DNA of 64,000 bases from Nannocystales bacterium (GTDB taxonomy: Bacteria > Myxococcota_A > Polyangia > Nannocystales > Nannocystaceae): positions 64,001 to 128,000 of the forward strand of contig JBOEGF010000019.1 in the NCBI GenBank assembly GCA_050633305.1, written 5' to 3'. Numbering within the stretch: position 1 is the stretch's first letter; each line of letters opens with the position of its first letter. A program made the position numbers and the translations under genes. The notes beneath the pieces were generated by a model, which worked only from the letters and a program-made list of their open reading frames with translations, did no database searches and was not told the origin of the DNA. This document shows, in pieces, positions 18,290-26,933 of this stretch.

Positions 18290-19755
18290 TGTTGGGTTCC
18301 GGAGACGGTGACCGCCTCGATCGCTGGCGAGCGGATGAACTCCGGGCGCCGGAGAAGGAAGCGGTACTGGACGTAGCGACCGTGAAGTCGAAGGCCAGAG
18401 AGGTCGATCGTATGGTCGGCTTGCAGACCCGGGTCGAGGTAGCCGGTCTCGATATCGTCTCCTCCGGGCCCGGAGAAGTCTCGGTCGCTGCAATCCGGCT
18501 CGTCGCAAGCGCGCACTTGGAATCGAGCTTCGAGCGCGCCCCGCTCGTACAGGTTGGCGAGCTCATCGGGCTCGAGCGCGCGGTTCCACAACGCGAACTC
18601 ATCGTACGCGCCTGCGCCCGAGTAGGGTCCGTCGTTGCCGCCGGCGAGGGTGAACTCTTCGGGGGCGGCCGCTGAGGAGTTCACCGACACGTCGGCGATC
18701 TCGGCGGTCAGGTTGGGTGTTTGTCCGGAGAGTTCTCCGTCGACGAAGAGCTGCACGGTTTGGCCGCCCCCGACGACGGAACGTCGAAGCGCGATGTGGT
18801 GCCATCGGCCGTCGTCGATCACAGCCGTGCTGCAAACACGCGTTGCAAGCTGCCCTGCTCCTCGAATGAAACCGATCGCGTGTGACGGGTTGTTGTCCTC
18901 ACAGATGAACTCATCACCGCCGCAGCCCAGGAAGTGCAGCCCAGTGTTGGTGGGATCCACCGCGGCCGAATCGAGCGCGACCATGTACATGCTCTCGCAC
19001 GACTCAGAGCGGTACCACAGGGTCCAGGTGAAGGCCCCCAGACCTGGCTCCACGGGGTCGAGAACCTCGATCCGGTAGGCGTCGTTGTCGTTGTCGTCAT
19101 CGTGCGCGAGCCCGCGCCCGAATACGCCGCGGATGTCTGCTGCAGCGTCGTTGTTCGGGGCACCGAGCCAACGCGCAACATGGGACCCCGTGGAATCGAC
19201 GATCGCAGCGTCGTGGACGTAGGGCCCGCCGTCGAGATGCGAGAGCAGCACCAGATCGTCCAGCCCCGTGTTGCCCGACGGGTACGCGGCCGCTACGCCG
19301 TCGATCGGGAGCTGCAGCGGGGTGCGGTACGGCGCACGAGGTGTCCACCGCAGCGTCTCCCAGTCCGTGTCGCTGCCCGCGTCGAAGATGCGCGATTCGA
19401 GGACGCTCTCATCGCTCGATCGTTCAAGCTGGATGCTGTTCTGAGTCCATCTCAGCTCGCCGAGCTCTTCGGCCAGCGCGAACTCTCCGTCCCAAGCGTC
19501 GTCAGTGAACTCGACGTTCATGGGGCCGTCTGTGGTGCTTGCGCTGGTGCCGATGCTGGACGCCGTCGACACCTTCGTTGTTGAAGAGCCTCCTGCGGAC
19601 GCGGTGGGTTGGGCGGAGGTCGAGGTGTCTGCATTGGGCGAGCCGGTGGCTCCGCTGGCCGACTCGCCGTCGATTTCGGACTCCTCGAAGCTGGGGTTGA
19701 TGCGTACGCAGCTGGTGGCGGCGAGCAGACACGCGAGTTGTACCGGGTGGCGCAT
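18286..19755 (-). CDS. LamG/concanavalin A-like domain lipoprotein
   Basis: Lipobox ATSC-VRINP; IDDGRWHHIAL, LFVDG and YDEFALWNRAL. Confidence 0.82.
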   Translation of the reverse strand: MRHPVQLACLLAATSCVRINPSFEESEIDGESASGATGSPNADTSTSAQPTASAGGSSTTKVSTASSIGTSASTTDGPMNVEFTDDAWDGEFALAEELGELRWTQNSIQLERSSDESVLESRIFDAGSDTDWETLRWTPRAPYRTPLQLPIDGVAAAYPSGNTGLDDLVLLSHLDGGPYVHDAAIVDSTGSHVARWLGAPNNDAAADIRGVFGRGLAHDDDNDNDAYRIEVLDPVEPGLGAFTWTLWYRSESCESMYMVALDSAAVDPTNTGLHFLGCGGDEFICEDNNPSHAIGFIRGAGQLATRVCSTAVIDDGRWHHIALRRSVVGGGQTVQLFVDGELSGQTPNLTAEIADVSVNSSAAAPEEFTLAGGNDGPYSGAGAYDEFALWNRALEPDELANLYERGALEARFQVRACDEPDCSDRDFSGPGGDDIETGYLDPGLQADHTIDLSGLRLHGRYVQYRFLLRRPEFIRSPAIEAVTVSGTQH

Positions 19756-19760
19756 CGGGC

Positions 19761-21224
19761 TCAGTCTTCTTCGGCCGGTTCGGCGACGATGGACACCGAC
19801 GGGATGAGAGGCGAGCGCAACGCGGCCGAGTCTCGCGTGATACGAAGCTCGTACTGGAATGCGATACCGACGTAGTCGGATGGCTCGAGAGCGTGCGCGT
19901 GTCCCTCGTCTGGGCCGCTGTCGAGAAAACCTACGCCCGAGGCTCCTGCGGGGCCGAGGAAAGGTGGGTCGTCACTACAGTCCTCGAGTGTGCAGGCGCG
20001 CAGCCGTAGTTCGACCCCCGCGGCACCACGGGCGTGCAGGTCTCTGATCTCGTCGTCGGTGAGCGGGCGGTCCCAGAGCGCGATCTCATCGTATGTCCCG
20101 GCCCCCGTGTGCGCGGGGGACGGATTCCCTGCGGTCGTGAAGTCCTGCAGCGGGCCCTGGGCGAAGTCGTGTTGTGATGGAGAGTCCTCCCGCGCGGACT
20201 CGTCGGGGACGCCATCGACGAACAGCGAGAGCCTGGAACCACCACCGCTGTGGTTCATCCGTACGGCAACGTGGTGCCACTGGTCGTCATCGATCTCGGC
20301 AAGGCCGCAAACCCTGGGGCCTTGACGCGAGCCGTCGTTGGCGATGGCAAACGCGACCGCCTCGAAGATCCCGTGGTCAGGGTCGGGAGCACCCGAGCAG
20401 CCAATGTTGTTGTTGCAGACCAACCACACCGAGCTGGTGCCGTTGTCGTTGTTGTCCGGAGCGTCGAACGAGACGATGGACGCTCCGGTGCAACCGTCCA
20501 TGCGATACCAAGCCGTCCATGTAAACTCATTGGTCCCCGGGGCGAGCTGTGTCTGCGCGTGCTCGACGAATCCGTCGCCAGGGTTGCTCACCGCGCGTCC
20601 GAAGACCCCTCGCGTGACGGCGAGCGCGGTGCCGCCGAGGGTGCCGTGAGCGCCCGCGAACGATGTGTCGGGAACGAGGTCGCCGACCTCAACCGTGTCG
20701 GCTGCGAGCTCGAAGCGGAGCAGGAGCTCCAGCCCGACAGAGCTTGTGCCCCCGAAATCGTAGCCTTCCACTTCGTCGACGTCCGGGTTGGACAGACCGA
20801 TGCCGTAGGGCGCCGGCGGAGTCCACTCGAGCTCAGTGAGACGGGCTGGATGCCCTCCGGTGGTGAATACGCGGGAACGAAGCGTTCCGAGCCTCATGCT
20901 TGGCTCGAGCTCAACGGCCTCTTGGTCTGACCAATACACGTGGTCGAGCTGGCCTGCTTCGAACTCGTGAGCCTCGTCGTCGGTGAAGACCCACTCCGCC
21001 GGGGGCTCGGTGTCGGGCGGCTCTGTGGTTCCTTCGCCTTCGCCTTCACCGTGCGTCTGGGAGGAAGACCCGCCCGATGAAAGCGTGGTGCCTGAAGGCT
21101 TGCCCCGTCCTTCGGTGGCGGCCCCGGCATCGGTGCCGCTGTCTGCGTAGCCCGGGTTGATACGGGTACAGCTCAGCACCGCGAGCGAACAGCCGATGAG
21201 CCTGAGCGGGCGCATGGAGGTCAC
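19761..21224 (-). CDS. LamG/concanavalin A-like domain lipoprotein (paralog of 18286..19755)
   Basis: Lipobox VLSC-TRINP; IDDDQWHHVAV, LFVDG and YDEIALWDRPL; the start may be ATG 21215. Confidence 0.82.
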   Translation of the reverse strand: MTSMRPLRLIGCSLAVLSCTRINPGYADSGTDAGAATEGRGKPSGTTLSSGGSSSQTHGEGEGEGTTEPPDTEPPAEWVFTDDEAHEFEAGQLDHVYWSDQEAVELEPSMRLGTLRSRVFTTGGHPARLTELEWTPPAPYGIGLSNPDVDEVEGYDFGGTSSVGLELLLRFELAADTVEVGDLVPDTSFAGAHGTLGGTALAVTRGVFGRAVSNPGDGFVEHAQTQLAPGTNEFTWTAWYRMDGCTGASIVSFDAPDNNDNGTSSVWLVCNNNIGCSGAPDPDHGIFEAVAFAIANDGSRQGPRVCGLAEIDDDQWHHVAVRMNHSGGGSRLSLFVDGVPDESAREDSPSQHDFAQGPLQDFTTAGNPSPAHTGAGTYDEIALWDRPLTDDEIRDLHARGAAGVELRLRACTLEDCSDDPPFLGPAGASGVGFLDSGPDEGHAHALEPSDYVGIAFQYELRITRDSAALRSPLIPSVSIVAEPAEED

Positions 21225-22294
21225 AAGAGGCGCCGGATGTCGCCGATCGTGACGAGCAGAATGAGGCTGAGAAGCAGCAACATTCCGTAGCCGTGCACGG
21301 CCTCCTCGATCCTGGGGTTCGCACGTCGCTTGGCGATGGCCTCGTAGGCCAGGAATGTCAGGCGGCCTCCGTCCAACGCTGGAAGCGGCAGGAGGTTGAA
21401 CAGGCCCAGAAGCGTGGAGATGATTGCGACCATCTCCAGGAAGTCGGGCAGTCCTACGGCGGCTGCCCCCGCGACAGTGCGGACGATCTCGACCGGGCCT
21501 CCGACACGGTCGGTGCTGACCTCGCCCTGAAAAATGCTCTTGAGCCCCTGCAGCTGCATCTTGCTGACTTCGATGGGCTGCTCGAAAGCGGCCCCAACCG
21601 CGGTTGCGAACGGAACATCAGCTCGCTCGAACCGGACGCCTTCCATCCGGACCGAGAGCGGAGACGCGGTCCCCTTGGGAACAGCGAGCTGGAGCTGGAG
21701 TTCTTCTCCGTCTCGGCGCACGACCATCGGGATCGTCGAGCCTCGATGGGCGGTTGCGGCGGGCTTCACGTCGTTGCCACCGAGCGCTGGGTCGATGTCG
21801 AGACCCGCGATGCGAATCACCTCATCTCCGAGCTCGGCGCCCGCGGCTTGGGCGGGTGAGTCCTCGCCGAAGCTCGTGATCGCGATCGCCTGCGGTGGCT
21901 GCTTGACGCCGTAGAGCGAGAACACTGCCAGGAAGGTGAAGAACGCGACGATGTAGTTGGCGATGGGCCCCCCCGCGATCGTCAGGGCCCTCTTTGCGAT
22001 CGGCTTGTCCCGGAAGTTGAACGAGCTGGGGTCCGTCGGCGTTCCGGCGGGCGGAGGGTCCTCCTCGGCTTCCATGCCGCGGATGAGCACGTACGCTCCG
22101 AAGGGAATGGCACCGATGACGAACTCGGTCCCTCTCCACGTCCCGAGCTTGAGAATGGCAGGGCCGATGCCGAACACGCTGAAGCGGTCGACCTTCATTC
22201 CAGACCACACTGCCGTCACGTAGTGACCGCCCTCGTGCAGCATGATGACCACGCAGAGTGCGAGCGCGGCGGTGGCGTAGTCCAGTGCACTCAT
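21221..22294 (-). CDS. rseP: RIP metalloprotease RseP (M50, PDZ)
   Basis: HEGGH zinc motif, GAIPFGAYV, AGGPIAN, PDZ-like SPAQAAG..GD and FNLLPLPALDGG. Confidence 0.93.
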   Translation of the reverse strand: MSALDYATAALALCVVIMLHEGGHYVTAVWSGMKVDRFSVFGIGPAILKLGTWRGTEFVIGAIPFGAYVLIRGMEAEEDPPPAGTPTDPSSFNFRDKPIAKRALTIAGGPIANYIVAFFTFLAVFSLYGVKQPPQAIAITSFGEDSPAQAAGAELGDEVIRIAGLDIDPALGGNDVKPAATAHRGSTIPMVVRRDGEELQLQLAVPKGTASPLSVRMEGVRFERADVPFATAVGAAFEQPIEVSKMQLQGLKSIFQGEVSTDRVGGPVEIVRTVAGAAAVGLPDFLEMVAIISTLLGLFNLLPLPALDGGRLTFLAYEAIAKRRANPRIEEAVHGYGMLLLLSLILLVTIGDIRRLL

Positions 22295-22379
22295 GAACCC
22301 CCTACGATGGCCCGAGTTCGCGGATCGTGCAATGGCGGCGACTCGAACCGAGCCGCAGCCGGGAATCGGGCTTCAGCGG

Positions 22380-23465
22380 TCAGGAGCGGGCAGGGGTTCC
22401 GCCCTCGACCATGCCGGGGAAGCGCTCCAAGTAGGTCAGCAGATCGGCCCCCACTGCGGCATTGCGCAGCATCTGTGGCCCCCACGGTGGGCGTTTCGGT
22501 GAGAACGACGGGTCGTCGATGTCACTTGGCCAATCGGGGTGTGCGATCGCGGCTCGGCCGACGACGACGACGTCCGCGCCGCACTCCCGGACAGCCTGCG
22601 CGTCGGCGCGGGTCCACACCCCACCGGCGGCGAGCAGCGCGACCTCGGAGGGGAGGGCCTCGCGGAGTTGCGTCACCACGGGCTGCGCCGAGTCTTCGAA
22701 GGGGGCCGAGCCCGCCGCGTCGCGAAGCGAGAGGTGAACGTAGTCGGCACCGTCCTCGGCGAGTGAGGCGACAAGCGGCCGAGCGTCCGCGAGCGTGAGT
22801 CCGCGGCGGTCCCAGGTATCGACCGGAGAGATCCGAACCCCCACGATGAAGGAGGACGAGGTTGAGGCTCGTACCGCGTGCATCGTTTCGCGGAGAAAGC
22901 GTGCGCGTCCGTCGAGGTCGCCTCCGTACTCGTCGGTGCGTTTGTTGTCCAGGGGGGCCAGGAACTGGGTGAAGAGGTAGCCGTTGGCGCCGTGGACTTC
23001 GACGCCAGCGAAGCCCGCCCGCTCGGCGCGGCGCGCTGCCGCCACGAAGGCGTCGGTGACCCGCTCGAGGTCCGAGGGGGTCGCCCCACGCACGCCGGCT
23101 TCCGCGTCATCCTCGGTCGAGAGCTTCACCTCGGCCTCGGTCGCTTTGGCCCCAGCGTGGTGCAGCTGGACGAGACCCAACGAGTCGGTCTCCCCGATTG
23201 CGGTGGCGAGCCGGGCCAGGCCCGGCTCGTGTTGTTTTCCGGCGATTCCCAGTTGCCCGTCCCACGCCTTGCCCTCGTCGCTGACGTACGCGGCACACGT
23301 GGAGACCAGCGAAAACGATCCCGCCCGCCGCGTGAGCCAGCGGAACTCGTCCTCGTGCAGCGTGCCGTCGCTGTTGGATTGAAGGTTGGTCAACGGTGCC
23401 AGCGCGACCCGGTGTGGGAGTGTGGCGCCGCAGCGGAGGCTCAGCGGCGAGGCGAGTGAGGTCAT
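22380..23465 (-). CDS. NADH:flavin oxidoreductase (Old Yellow Enzyme family)
   Basis: APLT, VQLHHAG, AGFAGVEVHGANGYLFTQFL and NKRTDEYGG. Confidence 0.92.
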   Translation of the reverse strand: MTSLASPLSLRCGATLPHRVALAPLTNLQSNSDGTLHEDEFRWLTRRAGSFSLVSTCAAYVSDEGKAWDGQLGIAGKQHEPGLARLATAIGETDSLGLVQLHHAGAKATEAEVKLSTEDDAEAGVRGATPSDLERVTDAFVAAARRAERAGFAGVEVHGANGYLFTQFLAPLDNKRTDEYGGDLDGRARFLRETMHAVRASTSSSFIVGVRISPVDTWDRRGLTLADARPLVASLAEDGADYVHLSLRDAAGSAPFEDSAQPVVTQLREALPSEVALLAAGGVWTRADAQAVRECGADVVVVGRAAIAHPDWPSDIDDPSFSPKRPPWGPQMLRNAAVGADLLTYLERFPGMVEGGTPARS

Positions 23466-23542
23466 GTGGCTTGATACCAGGGCGCGGCATCGAGCTACAT
23501 CAACTCCTCGGGGCGAGCGTCTCGTCCTCGCGTGCAGCTTGT

Positions 23543-24121
23543 CTACGGTCGGTCGAAGCGGCCGAGACCGAGGCGACCGAGGCCTCCGCGGAGCAGCCGC
23601 TTGGCGCGGGCTTTCGCGCTGCCGTCCGGCGCAGGGCTAAATGCTGCGGGTTCGCCGATAGCCTTGAGGTGTCTACGCAGGAGGTTCTGCGCGGAGACCA
23701 GGCCGCCGGTGTGCTTGAGCAGCGAGCGGCCAAGCTCTCGATCCAGGGCGAGGAGTTCTCCGGGGACGAAGGCCGCGCGCTGCCCTCGGAGGACCTGCGT
23801 GACCGCCCAGCCGGCGAGGTCCGGATCGATGGCGTGGTCGAGGACCAACCATACATCTCCGCGTGCCACCTTCGCCGCGCGGCGAATGCCCGAGCCCGGT
23901 TCAACGTCCTGGAGAGTCCGCAGGTTGGCAATCTGTCCATGCAGGACACTGAGGACGGAGAGCGTGTTGTCTCCCGAGCGCTCGTCGAGCGCGAGAATCT
24001 CTGCGCTGACCGGCTCACCGCGAGCGTCGACGTGTTCTTCCACGCGGACCGCAGCTCGCACGAGCGAGGCGACGTCGTTTTCCTGGTCCCTCACGGGGAG
24101 GATGATCGAGACCTCAGGCAC
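23543..24121 (-). CDS. Short GT2-like glycosyltransferase-fold protein
   Basis: VSIILPVRDQE, EILALDERSGDNT and ARGDVWLVLD; only 192 aa. Confidence 0.65.
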   Translation of the reverse strand: MPEVSIILPVRDQENDVASLVRAAVRVEEHVDARGEPVSAEILALDERSGDNTLSVLSVLHGQIANLRTLQDVEPGSGIRRAAKVARGDVWLVLDHAIDPDLAGWAVTQVLRGQRAAFVPGELLALDRELGRSLLKHTGGLVSAQNLLRRHLKAIGEPAAFSPAPDGSAKARAKRLLRGGLGRLGLGRFDRP

Positions 24122-24391
24122 GCGGTGTGATTGGGATATTCGCTAGGTCGGTGTCGGGTCAACAGGCGATTGCGCCGGGGCGATCTCCCGGAGGCGCAGC
24201 GCTACGCAGGGCGCGCATCCGTACCCGGGGGCCACGATCCTGGCGGCCAGGTGCGAAATAGGCCCCAGAAACCCTGCAACAGACCGCTCCGACGGCCGAG
24301 ATCTCTATCGCTAGGTTTCTTGTACTCTCCAAACCCTTTCCCGTTCGGGCCCGCGTTTTTGCCGGGCCTGATCACCAAGGAGTTCCACGAC

Positions 24392-24994
24392 ATGGCCGGT
24401 GTCAACAAAGCAATCATCGTCGGAAACCTCGGGCGCGACCCCGAGCTTCGCTACACCCAGGGCGGCAGCCCCGTCTGCCAGTTGAGCGTCGCGACCACGC
24501 GCGCCTACACCAACAAAACCACCAACGACCGGGTCGAGGAGACCGAGTGGCATCGCATCGTGGTTTGGGGCAAGCAGGCCGAGCACTGCAACAACTACTT
24601 GGCCAAGGGCCGCCAAGTCTACGTCGAGGGTCGAATCCAGACTCGCAACTACGAAGACAAGGAAGGCATCAAGCGCTACTCCACCGAGATCATCGCGGAC
24701 GTCGTCCAGTTTCTGGGCGGCCGTGGCGGTGGTGACGGCGGTGGCGGTGGCGGAAACTACGGCGGAGGCGGAGGCGGCGGCGGCGGCGGCGGAAGCTACG
24801 GTGGTGGCGGCGGCCAAGGTGGCGGCGGCCAAGGTGGCGGCGGCCAAGGTGGCGGCGGCCAAGGTGGCGGCGGCCAAGGTGGCGGCGGCCAAGGTGGCGG
24901 CGGCCAAGGTGGCGGCGGCGGTGGCCAAGGCGGAGCCGGGTGGAACGACAACTACATCCCCTCCGACCCGGGCGACGACGACATCCCGTTCTAG
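24392..24994 (+). CDS. ssb: Single-stranded DNA-binding protein
   Basis: GVNKAIIVGNLGRDPELRY, TEWHRIV and KGRQVYVEGRI; Gly-rich linker; DDDIPF tip; AAGGAG SD upstream. Confidence 0.98.
   Translation: MAGVNKAIIVGNLGRDPELRYTQGGSPVCQLSVATTRAYTNKTTNDRVEETEWHRIVVWGKQAEHCNNYLAKGRQVYVEGRIQTRNYEDKEGIKRYSTEIIADVVQFLGGRGGGDGGGGGGNYGGGGGGGGGGGSYGGGGGQGGGGQGGGGQGGGGQGGGGQGGGGQGGGGQGGGGGGQGGAGWNDNYIPSDPGDDDIPF
24806..24910 (+). repeat. Seven perfect 15-bp tandem repeats (ggcggcggccaaggt) encoding (GGGQG)7 in the SSB linker
   Basis: Counted directly in the sequence. Confidence 0.9.
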
Positions 24995-25013
24995 GACTCG
25001 TCGATCATTCGAA

Positions 25014-25044
25014 GAAAAGGGCCCGCGATGTGCGGGCCCTTTTC
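25014..25044. terminator. Probably bidirectional intrinsic terminator between ssb and the convergent gene
   Basis: gaaaagggcccgc-gatgt-gcgggcccttttc, a perfect 13-bp stem with A/T flanks. Confidence 0.85.
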
Positions 25045-25101
25045 GTTCTACGAGCTCGGTGCTCCGTCAGGCGCACCGCACCGATGTTGGCTCGGGCGAC
25101 T

Positions 25102-25641
25102 TCAGAGGCACTCGAGCGTGACTTGGTGTTCGTGTCCCGAGCCGAAGGACGTTGTTGCCGTCACGCTCTCGCCCGCGAGCAGAGCGTTGACCTGCGCACC
25201 GGTGAGGTCGAGCGAGTGGGGGTGCCCCGAGCCAAGGATCGCAAGGCCCTCGAGCGCCGTGTCTGCCTGAAGCATGTCAGCTGTGATCTCGAGCGTGTGG
25301 TCGTGCAAGTCGAACTCGGCCCCCGTCGCCCCGTTCTCACTACAGTCCGGCGCTCCACCGCCGCTGCTGCTGCTGCTGCTGGTCGCGCCGCTCTCGCTGC
25401 TGTCCCCGCTCGTTTCGCCCGTCGAGGTCGAGGCCGAGTCGGACGTGGACGGACCCGTCGTCGTCGCAGGTCCGGCTGAGGTTGTGCCCCCCGTGGTCGA
25501 CGGATCTGAGTCCCCGGTGGTTCCAGAAGGCGCCCCGTCGGTTCCGTTGCCCGAGTCGCTCTCACATCCCACCGCGCCGGCAGCGAGAGCGCCCAAGGAC
25601 ATGCGGAGGAACGTCTTTCGGGTCAGGCGAGGCGGCTGCAT
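25102..25641 (-). CDS. Putative Tat lipoprotein with His-x-His metal-binding motifs
   Basis: TRKTFLR, lipobox AVGC, S/T stalk, then HDH, GHPH and GHEH flanked by two Cys. Confidence 0.7.
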   Translation of the reverse strand: MQPPRLTRKTFLRMSLGALAAGAVGCESDSGNGTDGAPSGTTGDSDPSTTGGTTSAGPATTTGPSTSDSASTSTGETSGDSSESGATSSSSSSGGGAPDCSENGATGAEFDLHDHTLEITADMLQADTALEGLAILGSGHPHSLDLTGAQVNALLAGESVTATTSFGSGHEHQVTLECL

Positions 25642-25810
25642 GCATGCGTGATAGCCGGCTCAGCCCCGCGATGCCAAGGAAAAGCCCCCACGGCGGCTTG
25701 CGTCGCTGTCTGATGTCCCGGCGTCACGGACGTCCGAACCGCTGTTCAACGACTCGAGCTTGGTCGGTCTGTGGGCCGCAGGCAGTCGGAGGACACTGCG
25801 TCCGAGGTAA

Positions 25811-26815
25811 TCACCCGGGTTCGTTGGGCTCCCAGCCTTCGTACGCCCACGGTTGGACGTCTTCGGCGCTGAGTGCCTTCAGGAACGAAACGAGCGCTCG
25901 CGTTTGAGGGCCTGTGAACTCTTTGTCGAGTTGGTGGCGGGCCATCAGGCGCACGGCTTCTTCGAGGGAGTCGACGCTGCCGTCATGAAACCACGGTCCA
26001 GTTTCCGACACGTTGCGCAGAGACGGCACCATGAAGACCATCTCGTCCTTCGGATCTCCGGTGAGCTCGAACCGTCCCTTGTCCGCACGTCGCTCTTGTG
26101 GCCACGCCACCTCGTCTCCGAGTTTCTTGTAGTCCGTGCCGCCGACGCCCGCCCCATCGTGGCAGTCGGTGCAATTGCGCCGAAAGATTCGGTATCCGCG
26201 ACGCTCGCTCCGGCTCAGGGCGTCGCGGTCGCCGTCGAGAAAACGGTCCACTCGCCCCCGGCGTGGAAGCATCCGTTCGTAGGACGCCAACGCGGTCGTG
26301 ACCTGCTCGAGGGTCGGGCCGTCTTCTCCCGGAAACGCCGATTCAAACTCGGGTCCCCACGCCGCAGCCACGTGTGCGAGCAGTCCCTCTTCGGTCTGTC
26401 CCATCTCATCGGCGGCGAACAGGGGGCCGCTCGCTTGTTCCTCGAGCGTCTCCACGCGACCATCCCAAAACTGGCGGGCCTTGAGCGCCGCGTTGAAGAC
26501 CGAGGGCGAGTTTCGACCCACGAGCACACCGCCTGTCCCCTTGGAGCGGGGGAGCGCATCTGTGCCAAATTCGGCGGGTTCGTGACATGACGAACACGAC
26601 ACGTCGCCAGCTCCGGACAGCCCCGGGTCGAAGAAGAGGTCGTGCCCGAGACGAACGCGAGCCAACGCCGTGTCATCGAGTTCGCCCAGGTCCGGATTTG
26701 AGATCGACTCCAGGTCGCCGCATCCCACCAGAGCGAGGCCGAGGATTGCCAATCGAGCCAGCCCCACGCCTGCTGGGCGTTGAGGCTCGCGGGCGGTGTC
26801 GAAAGTCTTAGACAT
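25811..26815 (-). CDS. Di-heme cytochrome c peroxidase (Ccp/MauG family) lipoprotein
   Basis: LGHDLFFDPGLS, CSSCH, RNSPSVFN, QFWDGR, CTDCH and VPSLRNV..TGPWFHDGS. Confidence 0.92.
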   Translation of the reverse strand: MSKTFDTAREPQRPAGVGLARLAILGLALVGCGDLESISNPDLGELDDTALARVRLGHDLFFDPGLSGAGDVSCSSCHEPAEFGTDALPRSKGTGGVLVGRNSPSVFNAALKARQFWDGRVETLEEQASGPLFAADEMGQTEEGLLAHVAAAWGPEFESAFPGEDGPTLEQVTTALASYERMLPRRGRVDRFLDGDRDALSRSERRGYRIFRRNCTDCHDGAGVGGTDYKKLGDEVAWPQERRADKGRFELTGDPKDEMVFMVPSLRNVSETGPWFHDGSVDSLEEAVRLMARHQLDKEFTGPQTRALVSFLKALSAEDVQPWAYEGWEPNEPG

Positions 26816-26933
26816 TTCAACAGCCTGGCGTGCGCCCCCCCGCAGCGGCAGTGACCGAAGTCGTCAAACCGTTGCCCGATCCTGCCAACGCCAAGACCGA
26901 AGCCTCATCGCGTCGGCTACGGCGGCGCTGGGA

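Noticed and set aside
24122..24391. LexA box upstream of ssb
   Set aside because: No convincing match to the myxobacterial LexA motif by eye.
26815..26827. TTTCAACAGCCTG resembling an IS end
   Set aside because: No partner inverted repeat or transposase found nearby.
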